From positions 1 through 64,000 of the forward strand of contig NW_026935306.1 in assembly GCF_032062105.1 (NCBI RefSeq): a stretch of 64,000 bases of DNA, read 5' to 3'. Positions 49,629 through 63,265 of this stretch are shown one piece after another. Source of the stretch: Saccostrea cucullata (Eukaryota). A program made the position numbers and the translations under genes. The notes beneath the pieces were generated by a model that was not told the DNA's origin, searched no databases, and saw only the letters and a program-made list of their open reading frames with translations. Numbering within the stretch: the first letter of the stretch is position 1; the number at the start of each line of letters is the position of its first letter.

Positions 49629-52600
49629 CTTTATTTAAAGAAGGTAACCTGGTTAGTGCATGTACTATTCTTCCCCAGGGCCCTCTATATATATATCAAA
49701 TACAAAAAATATATAAATTCGTCAAGATACAATTCATCATAATTATATACAATTAAGTAATAGGTTTGAGGAATTACAATCACTGAATTATGAATAGAGT
49801 GTTCAAATACAGACATATTTTAACAATAACAGTACAATATACAATATTCAAATGATTGTACGACAACTGATAATGTAATTTTCCACATTACGCTTGAATG
49901 TTCGTAGAGATTGAGAGAATCTAATGTGTTGGGGAAGTTTATTCCATAGATGTACACCTGAATACTGAAAAAGAGGTCTTGAATAAGTTTGTACGAAATT
50001 TTGGTAACTTAAAATCATAATAAGTTTCAGATCGCAGGTTATAAGAAGTTGAAGACTGAAATTCAAATAAATTACGAAGATATTCGGGAGTCATTCCACT
50101 GAAAATTTTGTATAATAATATGTATTTGTATAGATCAACTAGTTCATAAACTGTTAACCACCCAAGTTTCTCAAACAGTGGTTTAGAAGAAGAATCAGGA
50201 CTTGCGTCTAGGATAATCCTTGCTGCCCTTTTCTGTAATTTAAATAGTCTGTCCATGTCCTGCTTGGGGAAATTACCCCAAACAGTCAAGCAATAGTTAA
50301 TAGATGGTAAAATATAAGCATTGTATTAAAGTTTCCTGGTATTAAGAGGGAGAAATTTCTTAATCCTACGAAGCGTAAATAACTTATAATTAATCGTTTT
50401 ACAAACTGAGTCAATATGATTTGCATACTGTAACTTATCATTAATATGTACACCAAGAATTTTTCCAGTTTCAACAATTTCAATTGTTTTGTCTGAGGCA
50501 TAAAGTTGTAAATTTGGATTATCTAATTTTGATTTTCTTTGCTTTGTTCCCATTAACGTACATTTTGTTTTATCTACATTTAAAACCATTTGATTTTGAG
50601 CACACCATTTTTCAATCTCACAAAGATCTGCATTTAGCGTATTTTCTAAACATCGTGCATTATGATTATTTGAATATAGAGTAACATCATCAGCAAACAT
50701 ATCAATATTTGAATTGTTTACATGTAATGGAAGGTCATTTATGTACAATAAAAATAAAAGAGGGCCCAGAATTGACCCTTGTGGCACTCCTGCTGTGACG
50801 GGTTGAATATTGGAGACACATGTTCCAAATTCAACACACTGGGTCCTGTTGTAAAGATATGACTTAAACCATTTTATAGCTGTTTGGTCAAATTTGTAAT
50901 GAATTAATTTCTCTAGAAGAATATCATGATTCACCAAATCAAAAGCTTTACTAAAATCTATAAATGTAATGCCGATTAGTTCACCACGATCCATTGCATT
51001 AAGCCAACTTTCTGTTAGTTTTGTAAGTGAAGTTTGACAAGAATGGAGTTCCCTAAATCCCGACTGGGATTGTGTTAGTAGATCAAATTCATTAGTGAAG
51101 TTTTGTATTAGCTTAGCTACATGTTTTTCTATCAGTTTAGATATAGTTGGTGAAATAGAAATAGGACGATAATTATTCGGGTCAGCTTTGTCACCTTTCT
51201 TAAAAGTAGGTGTTACTTTGGCTTGTTTTAAATTTGTCGGGAAAATACCACTTTCTATGCTAGCATTGATAAGATGAGTTATAGGTTTACATATATATTT
51301 GGACGCGACTTTTAGGAGACGCGGCCCAATAAAGTCAATGCCAGCTGATTTATTGATATTTAGAGAATTTAGCATGTTAAAAACTTCACTTTCCTCAATT
51401 TGATGAATACTAAAGATGGTTTCCTTATCAAGTTTAGACCTTACAAAATTACATAATATATTAGGATCATAATCATGTTTAGGCATTTTCGTCAGAAGCT
51501 TATTAGAGATATCCGTAAAGTGGTGATTAAATGTATTTGCAATATCCTGTAAATTATCAACAATTTCCCCATTAGAAAACACATGAGATGGTGTTATGTT
51601 CTTTGAATTACATGTTAATTGATTAAGATAGTTCCACATTTCTTTGGGATTTGAGCTTTGTTCAATTGCTGTTTTATAGTAAGAAGATTTTGATTTGTCT
51701 ATAAGAAGACTAACTTTGTTTCGATAAAGTCTATAGTTCTCCATGGTAAATGTCTAGCATTGTTTATTTCTTGTGTCATCCATTTAGGGCGGATTTCGCT
51801 CTTTACGCGTTTTGTTTTAACCTTTGCATGCTGGTCAAGTACGCTATTAAATAACTCATAGAATTCAGTTAGTATTTCATTAGGGTCATGCATTTGGAGG
51901 AGATTGTTAAAGTCTACATATTTTAAGTCGTGGAGGAATTTATTTTCATCAAACTTTTTGAAGTCTCTATACTCTATTTCTATGTGTTTTCCTTTTTGTA
52001 GCATGCATTTTGTTTTTCTAGAGGCACATATTGGGTAATGGTCAGAGATGGCTATAAAAGGTACATTTACTTTACACATGTTATCTGGTTTATTGGTATA
52101 GAAGTGATCTATTAGGGTACTTGAAGTATTAGTTACTCTGGTTGCTGCTGGAATTAATTGTGAAAAGTCAAATTCTTCTAAAGCATATGTCCAACTTTGT
52201 GGGGGTTCTTTGAATAAGTCTATGTTAAAGTCACCTGTTAAGATGATTTCTGCATCGTCACAGCAGGAGGCACAGTTAATCTCTCTAGCCAGGTCCTCCG
52301 CCCAGCAGGAGGGAGCAGATGGTGGACGATATGCTGAACAATAATAAATTGGTTTAGAATTCTTTGAATTTAATTCTAGCCAGATTGTTTCGATATCACC
52401 AATTTCAAAATCAGTTCTACGCTTGTATCTTATATTATCAGAGATATATACTACAATTCCACCACCTGCCCTCAAAGTGCGATCCTTCCTTTCCATTTCA
52501 AAGCCATCAATATTCAACTCAGAATCACTAATGTTATCATTCAAAAAGGTTTCACAAAGTCCTAGGATATTAAGATCTTGTTTGTTTTGAAGCAGAATTT

Positions 52601-53358
52601 TAATTTCTTCAATTTTTGGCATTAGGTGGCAAATGTTAAGGTTTCCAAATTTTAATCCCTTTTTCATTAAACCAAAATTACTTTTACTTGTTACACTGTC
52701 ATTTTTTGTTATAAACACAGTAGATTCGTCTGATTTTTGTGAAACCTTCTTGGCAGCAAAATTAGGCCCATTAATATCTTTATCTGTCTTAATGAATTGA
52801 TGCGACTTAGATAAAGTGTTTGAATTAATTCTAGAATTTTGAACAAAAGTACATGAATACTCATAATCACGACATGAACAATAAACCTGATTACATTCAG
52901 AGCATAAACTATTAAAAGGAGAATATACATTATTGTTAATAATTATCCCTCGGGAATTGGTGACGGTGTAACGTTGAATATTAACCCGAGTTGAAAATTG
53001 ACCCGGGGGTCATTTTTCAACGTTGAATATTGAACCGGGGTCATTTTTCAACGTTGAATATTGAGACTAAAAGTCGTTGAATTTATACCCGGGGTCATTT
53101 TTCAACAGCTTGATAATTTTTTTTCTTACACCTGATGACGTCAAAAAGTTGAAAATTGACCCTGTTGAATATTGACCCCACCTCAAAGTTTGAACATTTT
53201 TTTTTAGCTGGGAAGTTGTTTAACGGGATTTATTAGTATCAATTTATTAATATTTTGTTTTCAAATTTTCCCTTTTCAAGAATAATAGAAATAAACATAT
53301 AGTATCACCCCGTGTATATATGTACATTTTGATAAGTGCACGGTTTCAGATTTCTTTG

Positions 53359-53723
53359 CAGGGGCGCAGCAACGGGAGAGGGGGGGGGGCAGGGGGGCTG
53401 TCCCTCCCCCCTCACTTTTTTTCTCAACCTTACCTATACTATAGCAAATGTTAACTGAAAACCTGGTTGGTCCCCGAGTTTTAGTGATGTGTCGATAATG
53501 AAGTATTAGCATTGGTACTGAATGTAGTTGATACTGAAAAAAGTTAGCCTCTACCCTCATCCATCCACCCACCCACCCCAACCCCCCACCCACGAAATAG
53601 GATTTTCGACTTTGGGCAACTTTCAACTCCCCTCCCCCCATTTTTTGCTGGTCAACTTTTTCAGGTAAGTAAAAAAAAAATTCTCCGACTCTCCCCCCTT
53701 TCAAAAATGATGTTACGCCACTG
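53359..53723. mobile_element. hAT-like MITE
   Basis: caggggcgcagca.. / ..tgttacgccactg; G/C runs. Confidence 0.55.
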
Positions 53724-53804
53724 CTTCAAGCATGACAACTTTATCTTTGATAATACTTTCCAAAATCCATGGCATACATGAATAACTACAAAACAACGAA
53801 TAGG

Positions 53805-54353
53805 TACGACGGCGTCTGCGTGCCATTTTAACAATGTAGATGTTTATTTTAAATCGTTTGAACGATATAAGAAAACGTTTGTGCAATTTGATAAATCGTT
53901 TTTAACAATTTAGGAAAACGTTTGTACGATTTATTAAAATACTTTGTACGATTTATCAAAATAGTTTGTACGATTTCATAAATTGTACAAACTATTTGAT
54001 AAATTGTACAAACGATTTAATAAACAAATTGTACAAACGATTTAATAAACAGATTGTACAAAAGATTTATTAAATTGTACAAACAATTTACTAAATTGTA
54101 CAAACAATCTTAAAATCGTACAAACGACTTATTTAATCGTACAAACGACTTATAAAATTGTACAAACGATTTAATAAATAAAATATAAAATCATACAAAC
54201 GACTTATTAAATTGTACAAACGATTTATTGATTTGTACGAACGATTTATTGAATTGTACAAAAAATTTGTCAAATCCTACAAACCTTTTTTAAAATTGTT
54301 CAAACGATTTTTTTAAATCTACATTGTTAAAATGGCACAAATACGCCGTCGTA
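53805..54353. mobile_element. Foldback MITE with inverted arrays of ~20-bp repeats
   Basis: tacgacggcgt..tgccattttaacaatgtagat / atctacattgttaaaatggca..acgccgtcgta; unit ttgtacaaacgatttaataaa. Confidence 0.85.
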
Positions 54354-55084
54354 CGTGCCTATTCGAATTCGGTGTCATTAATATTTAAAACAATCGGTTA
54401 AACTAGAATTGGTTGTAAACTCAATTAAATTGGAATGTAAATTTTAACATTATTATCGAATATACATGTAAATCATTTTATCACATAGATTGACAAACAA
54501 AATATGAAAATAATGGGAATAAGGCAGAAGTTTTCTCTCTTCAAGACTTAAAGACTAGAGATCAGCATAAATTAAGCTGTTACTATTTAATATTAAATAA
54601 ATGTGTTTCGTTTTATACATTGATGGAGTAATTATACAGGATTTACTTATTCAGAATACAAATTTATTTTATTGATTATGTCTTGTATCAATTTTTGACA
54701 AAGATATCCAATATGTTTTAATATAAAGTACATGTTGATCCTAATTCAAGACTTAAAGGCATTGATACATCTCACCAATTATGGAACATTAAAAAATTTT
54801 AATGCAAAAATGTAGCAATTTTTTTTCAAAAACATCAAGTCATACTCTGTATGATCTTTAATTGAGAAATCAATTTACAAAACAGTATATCCAGGCCGGG
54901 AGGGGGGAGTGATGTCACTCACTTTAATGAAATTTTCTAAAAGAACTCCTGCAATATAGTAAACTATATGCTCACAAGAAAAAAAACATGAAGTCAATAT
55001 GCATTTCAGATTCTATAAATAGTAACTCAAGTCTTTATGCTGTTATATATTTAATCATGTGATCAAGTTTGAGCCAATCAGAGA

Positions 55085-55490
55085 ACTTAGAATTACAGGT
55101 GATATCACCTTTCCGTGCTAAATAGATGCTATCACCTATTTATATAAGAGGTATCACCTATTCGAAAAGGTGATATTACCTATTTGAGTTTCTTACAACA
55201 GTCATAAATGAATGCTCCCTATAATATATATTATACTACACTGGAACCAAGAAAATTCGGACTACCCAGTTTTCATACATTTTCTACGATTTTCTTGTCG
55301 TATACATGATATATAAGTGAAATAAATTAATTTGTAAGCAAAAAAGAAAAAAAAACAAAAAACTATAGCTGTTCGACGAGAAATGGTAATATCATCCAAT
55401 CGAATAAGTGATATCACCTTTTCGAATTGGTGATATTACAAATTCAAATCAAATAGGTGATATCACTTATTCAAATAGAGGATACTACTT
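55085..55490. repeat. Dispersed palindromic ggtgatatcacc repeats (MITE remnant)
   Basis: Several aggtgatatcacct variants in two clusters. Confidence 0.55.
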
Positions 55491-58400
55491 TTGCAGTAAA
55501 TACCTATGAATTAAATCACAGTAGTGAAAACCCAATCATAAATATGTGTTTTTATGCTGTTGAATTTTGAACCGGTTTCATGATCAAAATTCCACGACCC
55601 GGCTCAGTTTTCAACGGATTAGGGTCTAAATTCAACACCTTTGGTCTCAGTATTTAACGTTGAAAAATGACCCTCGGGTCAATTTTCAACCCGGGTCGAA
55701 ATTCAACGTTACAACGGCTATACTTCCACTGCCCGTTTCCTAGTGGCTATGCGGGCAGAGCTTGGTTTTGTGACCTAACTCTCCACAGTTCCAACAGTCC
55801 AGCTTTCTCCCATGCCTGCAGTATCGCGATATGTGACCACTTTCCCCACAGAAATAGCAGAAGGTTGAACGGAAGGAATCGTTGCAAACTGATGTTGTAA
55901 TTTTTCTGAGGTTTCCTCGCCCGTTTCCGCTTTTCAGTATATTCACATATCCTTGGTAGATTTTAAGCAGTGCTGCGGTACCTCTGTCTGACAGGTGGAT
56001 TCCGTCTTTCCAGTAGTATCCCTGTTCAAGATTTCCATCTCCAAAGAACTTTGAAGTAGTGACATTGTGAAAAAAATAAATCAACAGCCGTTTGGACCAC
56101 ACTTTGGACTACAATGTGATGAGGTAACTGACATAAGTAACTGGGAACAACTGGGAATCGTCTTGCGTTATACACGTGACAATAAACCTGTGGATCGATT
56201 ACTAGAATTTGTGCAATGTGAAGGCACAAGTTGGTTAGAAATTTGTGACAATGTCATTAAATCTCTTTCGACAGCTGGCATTGATGTAAAATGCTGCCGT
56301 TCTCAAACAACGGATGGAGCAGAAAACATGTCCGGAAAATACAATGGTTTTGCTGCAAAATTCAAAGAAGTTTCTCCAAAGGCAACATATCACTACTGCA
56401 GTAATCACGATTTGAATCTAGTCTCTACAAGAGCTGTCAGGTAAAGGAAGTGCATGTGATGTTGGATGCACTGAAGCAACTTGGAATTTTCTTTCATTAC
56501 TCTCCAAAGAGGAGCAGGCGTCTTGAGAAAGTCGTAACTACCGTGAATGAAGGAAGGCCAGCAAAAGATGTCATTACAAAATCAAAAATGAAGAAAATAT
56601 TTTGTGAAACCCGATGGGTGGAGAAAATAACAACACTTCAGGATTTCGAAGACCTATATGAAGCCTTACTTACTTGTTTAGATACCACTGAGTTTTCTGA
56701 ACGCGGATGGGATGGCAAAGCAGTAACAGAGGCTTATGGACTTATGAAGCGCATAGCAGATTGTTCATTCATTGTCAGTTTCCAAACAGTGTTGCATCTT
56801 TTTGGATATTTGATGGAACTAAGTAAAAAACTTCAGGGAACTGAAATGGACGTCATTCAAGCCTACGACATGGTAGAACTGGTAAAGGAAACAGTAAAAC
56901 TTGCAAGAACCAGTGAAGCTGATTATGATATCATATAAATGTATGCTAAATCAGAAAAAATGGCAAGAACAGCTGATATTACGATTGAAATTCCTCAAAG
57001 ATGTGGAAGACAAACCTAAAGAAATAATATCGAAGCAGAAGATCCCAAAACTTATTTCAAACGTTCAGTTTTCATACCATTTTTAGATAATATCATTCAG
57101 CAAATGGACATGAGATTTGGTACTCTTGCTAAAACAGCTCTTCGTGGGTTTTACCTATTACCAAACAATCTTAACAAAATCACAGAGGAAACATCCCCTT
57201 CTCTTGTTGAATTCCATAACACTGATTTACCATCCCCATTTACTTTTTCTCAGGAATTGGAGCTCTGGAAGAGGTTATGGTCTAGCCAGGAAGACACACC
57301 AGACACCATAACTTCCACACTATCAGACAAAAGAACATGTTCAACTCTATTTCCAAATGTTACAAAAATTTTACATTTTCTACAGCTAACAGCAGTTTCT
57401 TCAAGTGGAGTAGAACGCGGAGCTCAGCTTTAAAAGATATCAAACGGGCATCGAGGAGTTCTATGAGAGAAGAAAGATTAAACGCACTTCTTCTTCTTTA
57501 TATATGTCAGGACATCAACTTTGATGTCGAATCAGTCGTTGAAATGTATGCTAGACAGCAGCCACGAAGAATGCTACTTATCAATCCTCTAGCAGAGAAA
57601 TAAATACGCAAATTAAATTTAATTTTGTGATTTAAGCAATAAACTACAATTCAAGACCACTGCCTTCTTTACTTAATGACTTGTTTTACCTAACAATGCA
57701 AATCAGATGATTAAAAATGTTGAATCATTATGCTTTCTTTGATAAGCAGATACCGTATTAACTGTGTAAAATTAGAACCAGGCAACGCCAATTTAAGCAA
57801 TTTTAAGCGTTAGGCTGTTCATCAAACATTAAACATAAAAAAATCCAAAGAAAATATGAAAAGACAAATGTAAAAATGTCTATTCAGTAGGCCTCATTTT
57901 TACCCTTCAAAATCTCTAGAATCCAGGAGTTTCCAGGGCCTTCGCCACACCCCCCACCCCCGCCCCCACCAGGGCTTCGCCCTGGATCCACTGGGGGCCT
58001 TCAGGAGGCCCCAAGACCCCTTGCCTAATTTTGGCGCCCCCTACCTTCAATTCCTGGATCCGCGCCTGCGTTTCCAGCTGCGATGTCTTGTTCAAGTAAA
58101 TGACCGACTTGGCCATTAAGAGTTACATGTACGTGAAGTTCTGCTGCTCAGTGCAGTCAGATTTGCGTTGTGCATGTGATGACCATGCAAAGGAAGCAAA
58201 AGCAAATCCACCAACCATGAGTTGAAAGGCAAATATATGTTATTTACATTTATCATGTTAATTAAGTTAAATCTCTGAAGATTTGCGTTTTTATGAATGG
58301 TGCTATATATTCCCTGTGCGGAAGGGTTGCATAAAATATTCAAAAGAAGATGGTCAAATTCAAAGCAAAAAAGGATATATTTCCGACAGCTTCATGTCCC

Positions 58401-59819
58401 AGCCTAGACGATAAAGATTTCGCAAAACCTGCTATATTAAAAATAAGTACAGTTTCAATAGAAATCTGGCACTGTATTTTTCTGAAAATTTAGATATTAG
58501 GAAAGAAACTTAAATTCACCCTTTCTGAATTATTGAAACTCCATGCGGTAACAACATAAAAAAAATTTCCCCACATGACCTCCTTTATTCTAAATGTGAC
58601 GTCATGAATTTGTGCATTTTTCCGCATTTTCTTTTAAAATTTCAAAAGAAATCAATTTTCAGAAGAAATCAATTTTTAGTGGAAATCTTTCAGAAAACAA
58701 AAACTACATGCTTCGCGTAGAATAATTTTGAGATATTGAATTTCCAAAGCATTTTAAAATGTACAAATATAATAACTGAAATGGGTGACGATGCAGACTC
58801 TATTTTCTACTGAAAAAAAGCTGAATATCATGCTGAATATAAATTGTATAAGATTAAATATCTCGATTCAACTTCAAAAACAAAATTTTCTTGACCTCCT
58901 CCTTCTTTTTAGCAAACCTTTTGTAAAGCAAATCCTTCATAAATGGATACATTTGTATTCCACAATCGTTTGTCAATAGGCTTTTTTTTAAATGTCAGAC
59001 CCAGAAAATGGTAAGCATATAGAATCATTTTATTTACTATTTGTCCACATGTACCTGTTGTTGCATTGGATGCTCACTCCTCCATGGCACCTGATTCCAC
59101 CACTGATGTTTTGGAGGTCTGTGCTTGCTCTGCTCCTATTTTGTACCGTTTTATGGACTTTTGATCTTGAGTACTGTTCGTTATCTCCTTATGTTTTATT
59201 CACACAAACTGTACATATTGCACAGAGTATTAAATTTAACTCCCTATTACACGTGTGCATGAAATATATGACTCTTACCTTTGTTTAATTTCTAGTACTG
59301 TATTTATCTGTTTCTTTACTTATTAATATACTTTATAAATACAATAAATCTTTATCGCAATTGATTATTATTGTTTTAGGTAATATAGATTATAAATATA
59401 GATATATATGCACATGATATATACATTTATTGCATAAAACAAATCTTTGAAGGCTATATCACATTGTTTTTAGTGGAAAAATATAGCTACATCATTTCCA
59501 CTCCATCTAAACTTAACATACATTAATTGATATTTTCTTGAAATCATCATATTAGCCAATTAAGGACCAGAACCAACACTTACCTTAACCCTCAAGGTTA
59601 AGAAATCTTAATGAGAACTCTGACTGTTTATTTAAATTATGATGGGTTTCTTACACGATATATATATTATAAATTTCAGCATTTCAAATTATGTTTGAAA
59701 TTCTGCACTAACGTTAACAAAGTAGTAGGACAATTTGTCCATGTAAGGTTTTATGATACTTTTATCCTCTGTGCTTCCTGTCTTTTTTTGACAAAAGGAC
59801 ATTGTTAATATCAACTGAT

Positions 59820-60200
59820 TCGATGCCGGAGAGCATGTTCTACATACAATTTCTAAAACGAGGTAAATTATTGACTGACAAATAGCTGAAACAAAAATAT
59901 AAGTCATCATTTCGTAAACTCTATGGTCGATATATAATGACCTTGTCAGCTAATACAATTTATTATTAAGTCATGTTAATGCTGACTGACGTTTTTGATA
60001 CTAATTGTTAGGCCAGTATAAACGTTTTTACGTTATTTCCAGATCTTGGAAAGGAACACACGCAGAAGCTGTGACCGGTCGGCCGGGGATGCTCTCTCAT
60101 CCATGGCACTTGATCACACCTCTGATATTTTGGAAGTCCGTGTTAATTTTGCATTGTTTGATGGACTTTTAAGCTTAAATACAGTTCGTTATTTCCATAT
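59820..60200 (+). mobile_element. Penelope-like 3' end fragment
   Basis: Similar to 26640-27050; smaller pieces at 59068-59190 and 22855-22920. Confidence 0.7.
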
Positions 60201-60387
60201 ATTTCACTTTAAGAATTTTTGTCCTCTATACAATATAATAAATAAAACCCTCTATCAAGCCAATTTTAGACAAGATTTATTGTAAAGGAAAAATATTGAT
60301 ATTCAGGGTCGAAATAAAGAATTGTTGTACTCGTACGTAGAATACAGTTATCCATGTATTATGACCATCATAGTCAATATTTTCAAA

Positions 60388-61113
60388 TCATTGACAAATA
60401 TATTTCACATATAGATACTTGTATGTTCCAGCACAAGGATCTCCAAATACTCCGTTGCTGGCTGATATATAGCAGGTTTGCTCTCCGTTGCACTTCCACT
60501 TGGTCAACATTGTAGAAGCAGGGGAGAGACAATTGGTATTTTTAATAGATTTGCTAGGGCATAGATGACCTCCTTCTGTACGGCCGTAGTTTGCAGCAAG
60601 TATGTTAATTCGTTGAGGTTTATTACAACGAAGGTAAGCAATATTGCGTTCGCAAATGATTACTCCAGCGTAAGCTGAAAAGAAAAGAAAAGAAAAATGG
60701 TTACATATTTTTTGCCTTAAAAAGGGAATTCAACGGCATGGTCGATTGGATCTGGTCTTTTAATTTAATTAAATAATTAATGTATCAATATTACTTTGAT
60801 CTTTAACAACATAAATTACGTATACACTAAGGGTTGAGATCAAGGAAAAATATATCTTGCCAAATAGGTGGACAACTATATTATCTTATTTTATAACAAT
60901 ATAGAATTATCAAATCACATGCGCAACCCGTATGATATTTTTGAGGGATCAAAGGGATTATGACGATTATAGTTTCCTAGTTCAATACAACTAGATTTTA
61001 TTTTTAGTAGTTTTAGAAGCATAACACATAGAATACCTACCTTCTGAAGACACATGTGATATTAAAAGAGAAAATATCCCAAAATAAACCAAAAATATTG
61101 CGGTTTTCTTCAT
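60388..61113 (-). CDS. Secreted single-domain SUEL / L-rhamnose-binding (Gal_Lectin) lectin, 119 aa, 2 exons
   Basis: Exon 61041-61113 MKKTAIFLVYFGIFSLLISHVSSE; exon 60388-60674 AYAGVIICERNIAYLRCNKPQRINILAANYGRTEGGHLC..C..CNGEQTCYISASNGVFGDPCAGTYKYLYVKYICQ*; 8 Cys, ANYGR and DPCxGTYKYL motifs; AATAAA at 60276-60281. Confidence 0.95.
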
Positions 61114-62604
61114 TCTCGTACTACTATAGCGCAGATGAAAAATTATGAAATAAAATCCCTGAACAGCTTAGTATTTATTAATGTCTCATTCATAAAACAC
61201 AACAATCTGTTTCAAAATCACTTAATTCTAGATGCTATTTTAAACTGCATTTGACATGTTAGATGCATAGCTATTGAAACATGTGTTGTGACTTTTTTGT
61301 TTGTATGAAAAGTAACTATTTTTAAGCTAATTGAAAATTAGAAGAGAAAGAAAGAAGGAAATGTATATTTTATGTGACTCACGATATATTTAACAGAGAG
61401 GAAATAAACAAAATTATATAACGTTATATGTCTCCACGAGTACTCAAACTCCGTCGCCATGAGCTGAAACACGCTGCACCACTCTTTGCATTATTTTTTC
61501 ATCCAGGTAAATTTTATGAGGAAAAACAAAATGAATAAAAAATCAGAAAAATCACATAGGCTGATTTTTACCATTTTGCTTTTCCCAATAAACTTCACCC
61601 AGCTTAATATTTTTCTAAAGTTTATGTTACACTTTTAGCGCCGAACTAAGTCTTATGAAATTTTTTTTTATCTGTAAACCTTTACTGAGTGCAATTTGTC
61701 CATATTTGTAATTTTATTAAAGTATTAACTAATGTTTTCCAACACTATTTCATTTTCCAAATCCAAGAGAAAATATTCAAGGAATACAGGCGCAACAGTA
61801 TCGTCAGAGGAACTGTGGTGTCATGAGTAAATAATCTGTTCGTAGAAACTCAGCTTAAGAATCATTTAACAATTGATCTCAGGGTTCAGCTGGCAACAGT
61901 TCTTTAATTAATTCAGCCATGGCCTTTTATATGCCAACGAGCAATTAAAATCATAGTACGTGTACTTGTGTTTTGTTGAGGTTATTTAGCTTAAAGTTTA
62001 TTTATTTTTATAAAATTTTGTGTTTGGCTTCTCTGATAACAGGATGTAATGTTATCTATTTAATCGGTTTATCTGCGAGTCAAACACAGCATGTTTGTTT
62101 TGTACTAATTATCTCTCTTGATTGTGTCACGTGATTTAGACACCACGCAGCAGCCGACAAATGGTACATGTAATCTGAAACCCCTCCCATCTTAACCTGT
62201 TGCTTTATAGGGGACAGTTTTTTGCTGCTTTTTGTTTTATTTTGAATAATTTTTGGCGGAAAGAGTATTGTTTTTCTTTCAACTTCGTCATGGCTGCATC
62301 AAGCATGAAGATATCCATGGATGGTCAGTTGGACAGAACCGGCAGAACCTTCAGTCGCATGAGTATCGCATTTTTTTTTTTTTTTGGTCGCACCAGGATC
62401 ACCAGCCGAGAGGAACTGTGGTATCAATTTATGAGTGTACCTAATGGTTTTGTAGAAATTTTCAGCTTATAAATCATGACCCATTCTGTCAACGAGCACG
62501 TAAAATTATTTAAGGTGTATTTGTGTATTTGTTGAAGTTGTTTGCCTTTATTAGATTTTATAAAATAAAATGTTCTGTTTGGCTTTTCTGGTATTGTTTT
62601 ACGT

Positions 62605-62891
62605 AGTAGGGGCATTTGAAACGTTCTGAGAATTGTTTAATAAAAATTAACCGTTTCATAGAAATTATCAAATTTGATACCATTAAAAAGAGTTTAAAAT
62701 TTGACTTATTTTGTTTGGTCACTTTTTTTATTTCTATGACGTAACAACTCCAAAATTGACGCCAGAATCCCTAATGTTCAGCTGAAAAGTTGCTTCTTTG
62801 TCAACATGAGAGGATTAGTAAAGCCCATGATTTCCGCCTGCCAATTAATATTTTACGTAACACTTTTCAGAACTTTTCCAATGCCCCTACT
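62605..62891. mobile_element. MITE
   Basis: agtaggggcatttgaaacgttctga / tcagaacttttccaatgcccctact. Confidence 0.7.
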
Positions 62892-63034
62892 TTTTCTCGG
62901 AAATTCCTTCGCAGTGCTTAGCATATATAAATTTGTACAATTCTGATTAAGACAAAGGACGTGCTAAAAGTTTAAACATTAACTGGAACATTGTTTTCAA
63001 GAAGGAAGAGAGATGGTTGAAACTAAAATTTCTG

Positions 63035-63265
63035 GCCCCAGGATCATGAAACAAACTTAGACTTAAGTCAAATTTTTAATCAACTAAAAATATTTATTGT
63101 CTTTGGATTATTCTCTAAATTTACAGATCTAAATTTACGGATAAAAACATTTTTGTAGAGCAATATTGGGATAATTTTTTAATTTTGGTATACTTGACTT
63201 CAACAAGTTTTTAGAACACAATAAAAATTTTGACTTAAGCTTATGACGTTTCATAATCCTGGGGC
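63035..63265. mobile_element. Harbinger-like MITE, CTG TSD
   Basis: gccccaggatcatgaaac..cttaagtcaaa / tttgacttaag..gtttcataatcctggggc. Confidence 0.75.

Larger units (their letters stand above)
52963..55717. mobile_element. Non-autonomous TIR DNA element inside the LINE
   Basis: cggtgtaacgttgaat..gttgaaaattgaccc / gggtcaattttcaac..attcaacgttacaacgg; subterminal repeats; TSD not resolved. Confidence 0.75.
49591..56060 (-). mobile_element. CR1-group LINE, 5'-truncated, inserted in the hAT transposase
   Basis: (ATT)n tail; APE endonuclease (LCETFL, GDFN, SDHYPI) 51699-52718; RT (GVPQGSILGP, FADD) 50326-51744; ORF1 end 55740-56060 with DGIHL and two CCHC knuckles. Confidence 0.93.
45888..58068 (+). 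mobile_element. hAT transposon (Tip100/ZMYM1-like transposase, 5-bp TSD) with nested insertions
   Basis: Ends CAGTGGCGGAT../..ATCCGCGCCTG, CGTTT on both sides; TTF-type Zn finger, RGHRD..GNFKELL, CDEVTD, TTDG, HYCSNHDLNL, CETRW, SSMREERLNAL; frameshifted. Confidence 0.9.

Noticed and set aside
53870-54310. CRISPR-like or iteron array
   Set aside because: Degenerate ~20-bp tandem units inside MITE TIRs, no spacers
48899-57603. Host ZMYM1/THAP12-like gene
   Set aside because: Frameshifted, LINE-interrupted and enclosed by TIRs with a TSD: a transposon
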